Source of the DNA: Gammaproteobacteria bacterium
GTDB taxonomy: Bacteria > Pseudomonadota > Gammaproteobacteria > Eutrophobiales > Eutrophobiaceae
Assembly (NCBI GenBank): GCA_965221695.1
Contig: OZ244905.1
Span: 2,336,001-2,400,000, forward strand
Reading direction: 5' to 3'
Length of the DNA: 64,000 nt
Position 1 is the stretch's first letter, and the number at the start of each line of letters is the position of its first letter. The position numbers were made by a program, and so were the translations under genes. The notes beneath the pieces were generated by a model that was not told the origin of the DNA, did not search any database, and worked only from the letters and a program-made list of their open reading frames with translations. Positions 48,360 through 57,359 of this stretch are shown here, piece by piece.

Positions 48360-48428
48360 CGCGCATATATTATAGGAAGCGCTGAACAAGTCCATTCGTG
48401 TATCAGGTACAAGACGGGAGCCGTTACA

Positions 48429-49043
48429 TCAACGGGTAGGGGACAGGGAACACTGGCCGCGATCGGGGTTTGGTTCCACTGCGGGCAGGTCGAGGATGTG
48501 TTTCAGTTCATCGGCGCCGCCGACATAATCGCCGCCCAGCCAGATCTGCGGTACCGTGACCGGGGTTTTCGGGCCGATGATTGGTTTTACCCGGGCCAGC
48601 ATTTCGTACAGCGCTCGGGGGTCCTTGACAACATCATGGTAACGGTAGTCAACGTTGGCTTGCTCCAGGTAGGTTTTGGCGCGCACGCAATGCGGACAGG
48701 TGGCCTTACCGTAGATATGATTGCCTTCCACGGGAATTTTGCTGACGGCTTCCTCAATCACGGATTGGGTCAGTACACCGCGGTTCAGCGCCGCGCCCTG
48801 GGAGATCAGTTTGCCGTTGACCAGTACTATGGGGGCATGCCAGCCCCCCTTCAGCAGGGGTTTCCACCATTCCGTAAGCCAGTCGCGCAGGTCAAGGTCG
48901 ACCTGTAAGCCGTCCAGGTCGATATCGATACAATCCTGGATAATGTCCTTGGTCAGGGCACACTCTCCGCAGGGTATTTTTACCTTGAAAGGCCCCCAGG
49001 CGCCGGCCCAGCGGAATACGGTGATGTTTACGGGGTTTTTCAC
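48429..49043 (-). CDS. Two-domain thioredoxin-like/glutaredoxin protein
   Basis: CGEC, CPHC, TVPQI and VGG. Confidence 0.85.
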   Translation of the reverse strand: MKNPVNITVFRWAGAWGPFKVKIPCGECALTKDIIQDCIDIDLDGLQVDLDLRDWLTEWWKPLLKGGWHAPIVLVNGKLISQGAALNRGVLTQSVIEEAVSKIPVEGNHIYGKATCPHCVRAKTYLEQANVDYRYHDVVKDPRALYEMLARVKPIIGPKTPVTVPQIWLGGDYVGGADELKHILDLPAVEPNPDRGQCSLSPTR

Positions 49044-49110
49044 GGTTAAGTCTTCTCAGAGGTTCCAACGGTACAGGGATGTGCAAGTCCTGGATGAACT
49101 TGTTCAGAGC

Positions 49111-50172
49111 TTACACTGGCATTGGTGGATGGCCGTGCCAGGCGTTCTCCAATAGCGCCCGTACCCGCGCGCGGGTGACCGGTTCGGGGTTGTTAATCGG
49201 TTTCTCCACGGTTACCGCGGCGGCTTCATCCAGGTCTGTCTGTTTTATCCCTATGTCTTTCAACGCGATCGGCGCGCCGAGTTTCCGCGCCAGCTCAAAC
49301 AGGCCGGTTGCGGCGTCATTGACGCCCAGGGCTTCCGCAATGCGTTGTGTTGCTTCCGGCCTGGCGTCGCTGTTGTAGGCCACACTATGCGGCAGCAGGA
49401 TCGTGTGGGTCTCGGCATGGGGGGTGTTGAACGTGCCGCCGAAGGTGTGGCACAGGCGATGGTGCAAGCCGGTCGTGCCGGTACCCAGCGCAGCGCCGGC
49501 CTGGCTGGCGCCGTACAGGGCTTCGGCGCGTGCGACCACGCTGCCGGGATCCGAAATAATAAGAGGCAAACTGTGCGCCAGGGCGCGTATGCCTTCCAGG
49601 GCCAGCGCCGCGCTGATGGGGTTGGCGTCCTGCGCGGCCGCATTGGCAACCGCCTGGGCCATCGCGTTCATGCCGCTGGCCGCGGCGAATGCGGGCGGCA
49701 TGGTCAGCGTCAACTCCGGGTCATAAATCGTCAATGTAGGCACGACGATATTGTCGCGCCGGGTCACTTTGCGCTCGTTTCGGGTCACCGCCCAGAGGTT
49801 GGTCATCTCCGAACCGGCGTAACTGGTGGGCAGCACGATGTTGGGCAACTCCAGGTGGAACGCGAGAGCCTTGCCGAGACCGGTGGTGGAACCACCGCCA
49901 ATGGAAACGGAGCAGTCTGCGCCCAGACGCGTTACCTCCTCCATAGCCTGATCTAGCGTTTCGCCGGGCACATGCATCATGGCTTGATCGAACAGGCCAG
50001 CCGCCTTGTCTCCGAGTTGTTCGACGATCTCCCGTCCGGTGTCCGCCTGGTGCGGTGTTGTCAGAACCAGGGCGCGGGAATAGCCGAGTTTCGCCAGCTC
50101 TTCCGGCAGGCGCTTACGGGCGCCGGCTGCAAAGATGATGTTCCAGGGCAGCGCGGCAAACTGAAAGTTCAT
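49111..50172 (-). CDS. Maleylacetate reductase
   Basis: AMMHVP, GGGSTTGLGKA, PTSYAGSEMT and LHHRLCHTFGG...PHAETH. Confidence 0.92.
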   Translation of the reverse strand: MNFQFAALPWNIIFAAGARKRLPEELAKLGYSRALVLTTPHQADTGREIVEQLGDKAAGLFDQAMMHVPGETLDQAMEEVTRLGADCSVSIGGGSTTGLGKALAFHLELPNIVLPTSYAGSEMTNLWAVTRNERKVTRRDNIVVPTLTIYDPELTLTMPPAFAAASGMNAMAQAVANAAAQDANPISAALALEGIRALAHSLPLIISDPGSVVARAEALYGASQAGAALGTGTTGLHHRLCHTFGGTFNTPHAETHTILLPHSVAYNSDARPEATQRIAEALGVNDAATGLFELARKLGAPIALKDIGIKQTDLDEAAAVTVEKPINNPEPVTRARVRALLENAWHGHPPMPV

Positions 50173-50175
50173 TCG

Positions 50176-51144
50176 TCAGTCAGACCTGATTTCACCGATC
50201 ACTTTGAGCACTTCATCTTTGTTGGCTTCAATTTGCGGCGACATCATCAGTTTTGTCCCCAGGGTTTCATAAGGTTCGTCGCAGGTAAACGCAGGTTTGT
50301 GCGAACAGCACGCTTCAAACAACGCGCCTGAGGGCGTGCGGATATAAATGGAATCGAAATAACCGCGGTCTTTCACATCCGAGAAATCCGTGTAACCCAG
50401 GCCCTCGGTAAAGAACTTGATCGCGTCCTGCTCGGCGCGGCTGGGCACATTGTAGGCCATGTGGTGGATCGCGCCTTCTCCGACGGTCCAGGAACCCGGT
50501 TTGCGGTCCGGTTCGATTTCAAAATCGGTATAGGCGCCGCTGCCGCCTTCGCCCATACTGTAACGCACCAGGTTGCTGTCATCCGCCTCCTTGCGCGATC
50601 CCCAGGCCACTTCCAGGAACTCTGCCATGAACTCCATGTCGCGGGTGGACACGCCGGCCGCATGGGTGCCGCGGATCATGTGTTCGGCAGGAACCGGCCC
50701 GTCGGAATAGGGCGTTCGGTCATCCTCTTCGACGCCTACCATGGACATGCGGATGTTGTGGGGGGATCGGAAATCGAGGTGTTTTTCACCGAAGCGTTCG
50801 GTCTCCGTCACGTCAAAACCATGTTCCTTCAGGCGTTTGTGCCAGTATGGCAGCGAATCCGGCGCTACGGACAAGCTCACATAACTCACCTGGCCGCTGC
50901 CTTCCTTGGCCTTGACGCCAATGTGCGCGACCGGGAACGTGGTGAGCAACGTGCTTTCTTCACCCGTGTCATTGCCGTAGTACAGGTGGTAAACCGGTGT
51001 TGCGCCATCATAGAACAACGTGCGTTTGACGCATTTCAGGCCCAGTGTCTTGGTGTGAAAATCGAAGTCTTCCTGCACGTTGCCGACGCCGATAGTGATA
51101 TGGTGATGGCCGGTCAGACTCGTGCCTGGCAGTTTATCGGACAT
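50176..51144 (-). CDS. VOC-family ring-cleaving dioxygenase (LinE/PcpA-like hydroquinone 1,2-dioxygenase)
   Basis: GHHHIT, YHLYYG, RFGE, IHHMA and DRGYFDSIYIRTPSGALFE. Confidence 0.85.
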   Translation of the reverse strand: MSDKLPGTSLTGHHHITIGVGNVQEDFDFHTKTLGLKCVKRTLFYDGATPVYHLYYGNDTGEESTLLTTFPVAHIGVKAKEGSGQVSYVSLSVAPDSLPYWHKRLKEHGFDVTETERFGEKHLDFRSPHNIRMSMVGVEEDDRTPYSDGPVPAEHMIRGTHAAGVSTRDMEFMAEFLEVAWGSRKEADDSNLVRYSMGEGGSGAYTDFEIEPDRKPGSWTVGEGAIHHMAYNVPSRAEQDAIKFFTEGLGYTDFSDVKDRGYFDSIYIRTPSGALFEACCSHKPAFTCDEPYETLGTKLMMSPQIEANKDEVLKVIGEIRSD

Positions 51145-51281
51145 GATGGTTATCCTCCGGGAAAGCTGTGATTGCCGTATTGTAGCTGACGCTGTTTTTA
51201 ATATAGCACCCCCGCAATAATAAAACACGCGCGATGCTATACTATCGCGTGTTCAACACAGATACATTACGGTAAAGCAGA

Positions 51282-52268
51282 ATGGGATTGTTGATAGACG
51301 GCAAGTGGCACGACCAGTGGTATGACACCGAAGCCAACCAGGGGCGTTTCATCCGTTCCGAATCCCGGTTTCGCAACTGGGTAACACAGGATGGCTCTGC
51401 CGGCCCTTCCGGCACGGGAGGTTTCAAGGCAGAGTCCGGCCGTTACCACCTGTATGTCTCCCATGCGTGCCCCTGGGCCAACCGCACCATGATCTTTCGC
51501 AGTATCAAGGGTTTGAAGGACATGGTTTCCGTTTCCGTCGTGCACTGGCACCTGGGCGACCACGGCTGGACGTTTGAACCGGGCGAGGGTGTTATTCCTG
51601 ACCCCGTTCATAATGCAACATATCATTACCAGGTATATACGGCAGCCGATCCCGAGTATAGCGGCCGGGTGACCGTGCCGGTGTTATGGGACCTGCAAGG
51701 CAACACCATCGTCTCCAATGAATCATCGGAGATCATCCGCATGTTCAACAGCGCATTCGACAAGGTCGGCGCCGCGCCGGGTGATTATTACCCGGAACCC
51801 CTCCGGGATGAGATAGACGGGATCAACAGCCGGGTTTACAACACCTTGAATAACGGCGTGTACCGGGCCGGGTTCGCCACCACCCAGGAGGCCTATGAGG
51901 AGGCGGTACACCCGTTGTTCGATACCCTGGACTGGTTGGAAGACCGGCTTCAGAGCCGCCGTTACCTGACCGGCAATCAAATCACCGAGGCGGACTGGCG
52001 GCTGTTCACGACCCTGATACGTTTCGACCCGGTGTACGTGAGTCATTTCAAGTGCAATATCCGGCGGCTGGTGGATTATCCGAATTTATGGGGGTATACG
52101 CGCGATCTGTATCAGCAACCGGGCGTTGCGGAGACGATCAACATGAAACACATCAAGCATTCCTATTACGGCAGTCAAACCATGGTGAACCCGACCGGCA
52201 TTGTTCCTGTCGGTCCTGATTTTCACCCGGAAGCGCCGCATGATCGGCATTTATTGGCTGCAACATAA
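51282..52268 (+). CDS. Glutathionyl-hydroquinone reductase (Xi-class GST; PcpF/YqjG family)
   Basis: GRYHLYVSHACPWA, TVPVLWD, NESSEI, NNGVYRAGFA and RFD.VY..HFKCN. Confidence 0.93.
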   Translation: MGLLIDGKWHDQWYDTEANQGRFIRSESRFRNWVTQDGSAGPSGTGGFKAESGRYHLYVSHACPWANRTMIFRSIKGLKDMVSVSVVHWHLGDHGWTFEPGEGVIPDPVHNATYHYQVYTAADPEYSGRVTVPVLWDLQGNTIVSNESSEIIRMFNSAFDKVGAAPGDYYPEPLRDEIDGINSRVYNTLNNGVYRAGFATTQEAYEEAVHPLFDTLDWLEDRLQSRRYLTGNQITEADWRLFTTLIRFDPVYVSHFKCNIRRLVDYPNLWGYTRDLYQQPGVAETINMKHIKHSYYGSQTMVNPTGIVPVGPDFHPEAPHDRHLLAAT

Positions 52269-52321
52269 AGCGCCTGTGATAGGATATGAAATGAGTGGTA
52301 CGGGAACCAGGAGACAACATC

Positions 52322-52822
52322 ATGTCTGTGACAACCTTGTTCGGCAGTATTGACAGCTATGAAAAGGGAGGCGTGGAGATCACCGGCAATGAAGATGCCC
52401 GTGATTACCTGTTTTCCAATATGTTCGAGGTGGCCGGCAGTGCCCGGCCTTGGGAACGGGTTGTCGTTGCGAAAAACCTGGAGAATACCATAGAGTGCAT
52501 TCGCGCCGAGGGCGACAGTCCCTGGTATATTTGCAGCCATGATGAGACCGCTTTGCTGATGCAGGGCAGTATGCAGGTGCGGTTCATACAGCCTTCCGAC
52601 CCGGCGCTGGTTCCGCCCGGGGAAAAAGAGGGATCAGTCCAGCTTGCCGGGCAGCCGGAAGGCCGGGTGATGGGCCATGTCAATGCCGGCCGGGGCCACC
52701 TGACGCTGCTGCCGGCAGGCGCCGCCTACCAGTTTTGCGCCGGGGAATTGAGCGTGATATTACTGCAAACCATCCAGGGCGATGAGTCCATTGAGAAGTG
52801 GGCTGACATCTGCCAGCGCTGA
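52322..52822 (+). CDS. Hydroquinone 1,2-dioxygenase small subunit (HapC/HqdA-like)
   Basis: FGSIDSYEKGGVEI, FSNMFEVA, CSHDE and KWADIC. Confidence 0.85.
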   Translation: MSVTTLFGSIDSYEKGGVEITGNEDARDYLFSNMFEVAGSARPWERVVVAKNLENTIECIRAEGDSPWYICSHDETALLMQGSMQVRFIQPSDPALVPPGEKEGSVQLAGQPEGRVMGHVNAGRGHLTLLPAGAAYQFCAGELSVILLQTIQGDESIEKWADICQR

Positions 52823-52840
52823 TACGGGGGAGAGACGATT

Positions 52841-53857
52841 ATGGCTGCCACCGCGGAAAAAATAAACGAATTGCCGGTTCTTGCCGATGCACACAGCGCA
52901 AGCGAACCGCACCCGACCAACGGCTACAGACGCTTCGAGATCGGCTCGTTCACATTCACCCGGGATGAATATTTTGCCCATATCCGGTGTCCGACCGGGA
53001 CACATGTGATGGACGTGGAGAATTTCCTGCGCTCCCTGATGCGGGATGTGGCCTGGGGCTTTTTCTACGGTTGGGTGAATTTTGACGAGGTGTTCGGCAC
53101 GGTGAACAACTACGGCACGGTGGATGTGTTCATGGGCGCGTACAACCAGGCCTATAAGGACTCCGGCACAGACTTTACCGAACGCTTCGATGCGGACGCG
53201 CTCTTCGCCTGTTTCAAGTCGTTGTTATTGGACTGGACCAATGCCGGCTTTGACCCCTTTGCCGCGCCCCTGGAGACCGGCAGCGCCCGTGGGCCGAAAA
53301 ACGGCAACAACGATGAGGCCGTCAATTTTCAGCGGGAGCTGGCGGAGCGTTTCGTCGGCCTGCCGGGCGACAGTCCCATCCGTTCCGATGAAAACGGGCG
53401 CCCGGTCAACCGGCAGTTCGCCGATGTGGACCAGTCCGAGCCGGCGGTCCACGCGGAGGCCGGGTTCGAAGGCCAACTGGCGGCGTTCAACCTGTTCAAA
53501 TACCTGTCCCGTTCGCCGGTTACCTGGAACCCGTCCATTGTTTCCGTGGTAAAGAGCAGCGCTTACTGCCCGACATCGGAAGAGCACATCCTGCCGGTGG
53601 ACCACGGCAACGACCGGGTGGAGTGGTTCATCCAGATGTCCGATGAGATAACCTGGAAGGTGGCTGACAAGAATACGGCGGCGCCGATGTCCGTGGTAAC
53701 CATGAAGGCCGGTGATGTGGCCTGTATGCCGGCGGACATCCGCCATCGCGGGTTTTCCCCGAAGCGCTCCATGCTGCTGGTCTGGGAGAACCTGACGCCG
53801 GGCCTGGAGAAACGCTACGCAAAAGGTGAGTTGCCGCCCACGCCAGTGACGTTTTAA
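52841..53857 (+). CDS. Hydroquinone 1,2-dioxygenase large subunit (HapD/HqdB-like, cupin)
   Basis: RDEYF, RDVAWGFFYGWVNFD, ILPVDHGNDRVEWF and MPADIRH. Confidence 0.88.
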   Translation: MAATAEKINELPVLADAHSASEPHPTNGYRRFEIGSFTFTRDEYFAHIRCPTGTHVMDVENFLRSLMRDVAWGFFYGWVNFDEVFGTVNNYGTVDVFMGAYNQAYKDSGTDFTERFDADALFACFKSLLLDWTNAGFDPFAAPLETGSARGPKNGNNDEAVNFQRELAERFVGLPGDSPIRSDENGRPVNRQFADVDQSEPAVHAEAGFEGQLAAFNLFKYLSRSPVTWNPSIVSVVKSSAYCPTSEEHILPVDHGNDRVEWFIQMSDEITWKVADKNTAAPMSVVTMKAGDVACMPADIRHRGFSPKRSMLLVWENLTPGLEKRYAKGELPPTPVTF

Positions 53858-53874
53858 CAGCTTGCTTTGTTTGA

Positions 53875-53899
53875 CTGGACTCTCGCTTCCGCGGGAGTG
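53875..53899. repeat. Single REP-like unit of the family arrayed at 1243-1560
   Basis: CTGGACTCTCGCTTCCGCGGGAGTG lies between convergent genes. Confidence 0.65.
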
Positions 53900-53932
53900 G
53901 TCGTTATTCGGTAATACCAGGCTGAGAAAATA

Positions 53933-55033
53933 CTAACGCCAGACTTCCCGCGCGATTTCAACGATCATCTGTAGTTTTTCCCACTGCTGGTCTTCGGTCA
54001 GCAGGTTGCCTTCTTCGGTGGATGCGAACCCGCATTGCGGGCTGAGGCAGAACTGGTTCTGATCGGCAAAGCGGGCTGCTTCCTCTATGCGGCGCAAAAT
54101 GGCGTCTTTTTCCTCCAGGTCGCCGGATTTGGACGTTACCAGACCCAATACGATCCGTTTGTCGCCCCGCGGCAGGAACCGCAAGGGTTCAAAGCCGCCG
54201 GCCCGTTCGGTGTCGTATTCCAGGAAATACCCGTCATAGCCGATTTCCCCCAACAGGATCTCCGCCACCGGATCATAGCCGCCTTCCGCGATCCAACTGG
54301 AGCGGAAGTTGCCGCGGCAGATATGGGTGGTGACCGCCATATCCTCCGGTTTGTCCTGTAACGCGTGATTGATCATGTCGGCATAGACGCGCGGCAGCGA
54401 TTCGGGATCATCGCCGCGCTCCCGGGAAGCCCGCCGCTCTTTTTCGGAGCAAAGATACGCCCACGAGGTTTCATCGAACTGCAGGTAACGGCAGCCGGCG
54501 GCGTAGAAGGCGTGCACGGCCTGGCGATACGCTTCTGCGGTATCGGCAAAAAACTCGTCCAGACCGGGATAGACCTGCTTGCTGATCGAGGCCCTGCCGC
54601 CGCGGAAGTGCAGCACAGTGGGTGATGGTATCGTCATCTTGGCCGTGACCCCGGCGACGCTGTGCAGGTAGCGGAAATGATCGAGCATGAAATGCCCGTC
54701 AAAACCGACCTTGCCGGTCACCGCAATATTCTGCGACTTGGTCTGTACGCCATGAAACTGTATGCCCTCGCTGGTTTCGACCAGTTCCACACCGGACAGC
54801 CCGGCGAGGAAATCGAAGTGCCACCAGGCGCGTCTGAATTCCCCGTCAGTAACGGCTTGCAGGCCAACGGCTTCCTGGCGCGCCACCACTGTGCGAATGC
54901 ACTCATCTTCAATCGATTTGAGGGTATTTGCATCGATTTTGCCGTCTGCAAACTCGGCACGGGCGGTTTTCAGATGGGGCGGCCGCAACAAGCTGCCCAC
55001 GTGATCAGCCCGAAAAGGAGGCTTGGAAGTCAT
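53933..55033 (-). CDS. Single-domain cobalamin-independent methionine synthase-like protein (YxjH/MesD type)
   Basis: RADHVGSLLRP, TDGEFRR, HICRGN, LEYD and SPQCGF. Confidence 0.88.
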   Translation of the reverse strand: MTSKPPFRADHVGSLLRPPHLKTARAEFADGKIDANTLKSIEDECIRTVVARQEAVGLQAVTDGEFRRAWWHFDFLAGLSGVELVETSEGIQFHGVQTKSQNIAVTGKVGFDGHFMLDHFRYLHSVAGVTAKMTIPSPTVLHFRGGRASISKQVYPGLDEFFADTAEAYRQAVHAFYAAGCRYLQFDETSWAYLCSEKERRASRERGDDPESLPRVYADMINHALQDKPEDMAVTTHICRGNFRSSWIAEGGYDPVAEILLGEIGYDGYFLEYDTERAGGFEPLRFLPRGDKRIVLGLVTSKSGDLEEKDAILRRIEEAARFADQNQFCLSPQCGFASTEEGNLLTEDQQWEKLQMIVEIAREVWR

Positions 55034-55131
55034 TGGTGTGAGTCCCCCGGTAGTGATAACAGTCTTTCAATTTTAACCTGAATATGCCAAACTCGCATGG
55101 TCTGAATCGTCTGTATCGTCATTTTGCCGGC

Positions 55132-56502
55132 ATGAATGAAGCTATCACGCAGTTAACCGAAAAATTAGGACCGGATGTTATTCTGACCGGCCCTGAGGTA
55201 TCCACGAAATACCATGCCGACAGCTCGGGAGAAACCGCCCATCCCCCGGTAGCCGTTGCCCGACCAGCATCCACCGGGCAGATATCCGACATCCTGCGCA
55301 TCTGTTCATCCGCCGGACAGAAGATAGTGGTGCAGGGCGGTCTGACCGGGTTATGCGGCGGCGCCACACCACAAGGAGAAGAGTTGGCGCTATCCCTGGA
55401 GCGCATGAGCGGAATCGAGGAACTGGACGAGGCATCCATGACCATGACGGTGCTTGCAGGTACCCCCCTGCAAGCCATTCAGGATGCCGCGGATGCGGCA
55501 GGGTTCCTGTTTCCCCTGGACCTGGGCGCACGCGGTTCGTGTAATATCGGCGGAAATATTGCTACCAATGCCGGCGGCAACGAAGTGATCCGCTTCGGCA
55601 TGACCCGCAACCTGATCCTGGGCCTTGAAGTGGTATTGGCCGACGGCACGGTTATCTCCTCATTGAACAAGATGCTGAAGAATAACGCCGGTTATGACTT
55701 GAAGCACCTGTTCATCGGCTCTGAGGGCACCCTGGGCGTGGTCACGCGCGCGGTCTTGCGGCTGTTCGCGAAACCGCAAGGCAGGAGCACGGCGCTGGTC
55801 GCGCTGACTTCTTTTGCCGATGTGGTGCGCTTCCTGCATTTCATGGGCCGGGAGTTTGGCGGCGCGCTCACTTCATTCGAAGTGATGTGGGACAGCTACT
55901 ACAATTACATCATTGAGCATGTTTCGTCAGTCAGCAGCCCGTTTGACGAGCGCTATCCGATCTACGTATTGACCGAAACCAACGATAAATCCGGCCAAAG
56001 CCGCCTCGAAAACGCACTTGCGAGTGAATTGGAGGAAGAACGGATACTGGACGCCGTGATTTGCCAATCCGAACGCGAACGCCAGGCCGTCTGGGCCATA
56101 CGCGATGGCGTTGGCGAAGCCCTGGCCGTGATCCAGGACAATGCCAATTTTGACGTGAGCGTTCCCATTAACAGCATGGCCGATTTTCTGGCGCAGCTTG
56201 AAACGGAGATCCACGCGTTGCTGCCGCGCACAGAGCTGCTGGTTTTCGGGCATATCGGTGACAGTAACCTGCATCTGGTGTTCACCGTTGAACGGAAGGA
56301 TGACAGGCAAACGGTCTATGATGTGGTATACAGACAGGTGGGCGAATACAACGGTTCAATTTCCGCCGAACACGGTATCGGCATGATGAAACGGCAGTAC
56401 CTGCATCAATCCCGGAGCGCAGAAGAACTGGCATTGATGAAGCTGTTAAAGCAGACTCTGGACCCGAACAATATCCTGAACCCTGAACGGGTCCTGGGCT
56501 AA
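55132..56502 (+). CDS. FAD-linked oxidase (D-2-hydroxyacid dehydrogenase-like)
   Basis: QGGLTGL, GGNIATNAGG, GSEGTLG, GHIGDSNLH and SISAEHGIG. Confidence 0.9.
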   Translation: MNEAITQLTEKLGPDVILTGPEVSTKYHADSSGETAHPPVAVARPASTGQISDILRICSSAGQKIVVQGGLTGLCGGATPQGEELALSLERMSGIEELDEASMTMTVLAGTPLQAIQDAADAAGFLFPLDLGARGSCNIGGNIATNAGGNEVIRFGMTRNLILGLEVVLADGTVISSLNKMLKNNAGYDLKHLFIGSEGTLGVVTRAVLRLFAKPQGRSTALVALTSFADVVRFLHFMGREFGGALTSFEVMWDSYYNYIIEHVSSVSSPFDERYPIYVLTETNDKSGQSRLENALASELEEERILDAVICQSERERQAVWAIRDGVGEALAVIQDNANFDVSVPINSMADFLAQLETEIHALLPRTELLVFGHIGDSNLHLVFTVERKDDRQTVYDVVYRQVGEYNGSISAEHGIGMMKRQYLHQSRSAEELALMKLLKQTLDPNNILNPERVLG

Positions 56503-56504
56503 CG

Positions 56505-57359
56505 CTACGCATTGTTCCCGCCGGCTGATTTTTTGAAGGCCTGGTAAATCGAATCCAACTGATGCCACGCAGGGCCGGGTTTGCCGCCGCTAATCGTCCG
56601 GCCGTCGAGTCTGACCACCGGCGCTATGCCCAGCGAGGAACTGGTGAGCCATATTTCATCGGCCTGTTGCAAGCCGGCCAGGCTGATAGGGACTTCCCGG
56701 CATTGATATGCCGATTGGCCGACCAGTTCCACGACCAGGTCGCGGGTGATTCCCGGTAGCAGCCGATTACTCTTGGGCGGGGTGCAGACAGCATCTCCGG
56801 TCACGATGAACACATTGCTTGCCGCACCCTCGGTGATATGTCCGTCCCGGTGTAGAATGGCCTCGATGGAACCGTCTTTCTCCCGTGCATATTGTTTCAA
56901 CATTACGTTCGGCAACAGCGCCACCGCTTTGATATGACAATACTCCCAGCGGATATCCTTATGCAGCACAGCGCTGACGCCATGGCTCACGTCCATCTCC
57001 GGCGATCGTTTGCAGTAGATAAAAACAGTCGGGGTGGAATCTGACTGGAAGAAATGGCTGCGTTCGGCTACTCCCCGGGTAACCTGGATGTAAATCGATG
57101 AATCATCCGACACCCGGTTCCGTCTCAGCAGCTCATCTATCAGTGACTGCCATGTTTCGCGGTCGTAATCCAGACGCAGGGAGATACCATCCAGGCTGTT
57201 GCGCAACCTTTGCAGGTGTTCAGCCAACCTGAACGGTGCGCCGGAAAATACCGGAATGACCTCGTAGACTCCGTCGGCAAAAATAAAACCCCGGTCCAGC
57301 ACAGGGACCTGCGCCTGCTCCAGCGGGATGAATTTGCCGTTCAGGTATACTGTCGTCAA
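56505..57359 (-). CDS. dat: D-amino acid aminotransferase (class IV)
   Basis: DRGFIFADGVYEV, IQVTRG, CHIKA, EGAASN and LPGITR; follows dacA. Confidence 0.85.
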   Translation of the reverse strand: MTTVYLNGKFIPLEQAQVPVLDRGFIFADGVYEVIPVFSGAPFRLAEHLQRLRNSLDGISLRLDYDRETWQSLIDELLRRNRVSDDSSIYIQVTRGVAERSHFFQSDSTPTVFIYCKRSPEMDVSHGVSAVLHKDIRWEYCHIKAVALLPNVMLKQYAREKDGSIEAILHRDGHITEGAASNVFIVTGDAVCTPPKSNRLLPGITRDLVVELVGQSAYQCREVPISLAGLQQADEIWLTSSSLGIAPVVRLDGRTISGGKPGPAWHQLDSIYQAFKKSAGGNNA

